NCBI GenBank assembly: GCA_965178125.1
Contig: OZ237775.1
Location: 434,001 to 498,000, forward strand
Length of the DNA: 64,000 nt
Origin: Bilabrum cf. latius
Lineage: Eukaryota
Direction of reading: 5' to 3'
Below are positions 63,301-64,000 of this stretch, piece after piece. Within the stretch, counting starts at the first letter, position 1. Every line of letters starts with the position of its first letter. Under the pieces are notes generated by a model. That model did no database searches. It worked only from the letters and a program-made list of their open reading frames with translations, and was not told where the DNA came from. The translations under genes were made by a program, and so were the position numbers.

Positions 63301-64000
63301 ACTCCTCCGGGTGGCGATGGGCCCGTCGAGCCAAGCCCTGCAGCCTAGGCTCAGTCTGCAAACCAAGCAGCGATGGATACAGATGGGGATTTGCCACCAA
63401 CCCGTAGCAGCTGGATCGGTGGCGGCACGGGTGTCCGGCTTGGCCGCGCAGCAGCTGGCGGGCCAGCCGAGGGCGTGAAAATCGAAAAGGTACAGAAGGG
63501 TAGCGGTGCAGATGATAGACGTGATGACGAGTGGGCCCACCCGGATCCCTGGCCCGCAAAGCTACCCGCAGAGGCACAGGTGGTGCACAGGGGCCACAGG
63601 TCCACCTCGCTGGTGGATCTGGTGCTGGCGCGAGATTCGGCCGACCCCTGGCTGGTGGCCACCATGTCAGATGACGGCAGCAATCCACGCATTCGGGGCG
63701 GTGCCACGCTGCAGCTGTGGAGGCCCAGTGACCTGGTGACTGGCCCCTCCAGAAGCCGCATCGCAGAGCTCGAGGCAAAGCTTGGGAGGGCTCGTGAGCG
63801 AGAAGCGGGGCGCTCTGGAAGCAACGGCCGCGGTGACCATGCAGCCCCGTCTGAATAGATGTAGGAGCCTAGCGCTGAGCAGTCGAAGGGTGTGGGCATG
63901 AGCAAGAGCACGGGGGGCAGCAAGGCCTCGCTGTGCTCCCTGTCTGGCAGCCAGACCAATCCGGCGTCGGCCAAGACAGGTAGGGCTGGTGTCGAATCCT
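60389..64000 (+). CDS. MSI4/FVE-like (RBBP4 family) histone-binding WD40 protein with long low-complexity inserts; introns 60705-60794 and 60988-61154; 3' partial
   Basis: YLRWKQHTPIVYD...EW.TLS, IVHPGEVNRVR, VVTHTDSPDLFVW, PDVVLSGH, WD repeats and HRGH...DPW...TMSDD. Nine in-frame TAGs; no TAA or TGA before the window edge. Confidence 0.82.

Noticed and set aside
629-64000. Genes as pseudogenes with nonsense mutations
   Set aside because: Decay would also produce TAA, TGA and frameshifts. Only TAG occurs, motifs are intact and housekeeping genes are affected.
629-64000. Prokaryotic or phage recoding (code-15 phage, pyrrolysine) or UAG-to-UGG A-to-I editing
   Set aside because: Spliceosomal introns, RPB4, MSI4-like and Cav genes indicate a eukaryotic nucleus. 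No pyl genes are present. TAG aligns with Gln and other polar residues, not Trp.
1-64000. Suppressor tRNA (CUA) or other RNA genes
   Set aside because: I recognised no cloverleaf or rRNA by eye. tRNAscan-SE or Infernal would be needed to exclude them.

Overview
This is compact, GC-rich eukaryotic (protist-like) nuclear DNA with few short GT-AG introns. The supplied ORF track is fragmented because the organism appears to use a non-standard nuclear code: TAG is a sense codon, best read as Gln, while TAA and TGA remain stops. With TAG as sense, the fragments merge into nine coherent genes holding about 90 in-frame TAGs by hand count and no in-frame TAA or TGA. The eight genes whose 3' end lies in the window end in TGA (6) or TAA (2). 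The genes are: a ~2,490-aa protein kinase + SIR2-like fusion; a head-to-head pair of ~4,070- and ~4,350-aa IPT/TIG-repeat multi-TM surface proteins with near-identical patches; a secreted clan GH-A glycoside hydrolase; a purple acid phosphatase; a claudin/PMP22-like protein; an intronless ~5,450-aa four-domain EEEE voltage-gated Ca2+ channel; RPB4; and an MSI4/RBBP4-like WD40 protein running off the end. A probable decayed retroelement fragment lies near 8.7-9.3 kb. All counts and alignments were done by eye.
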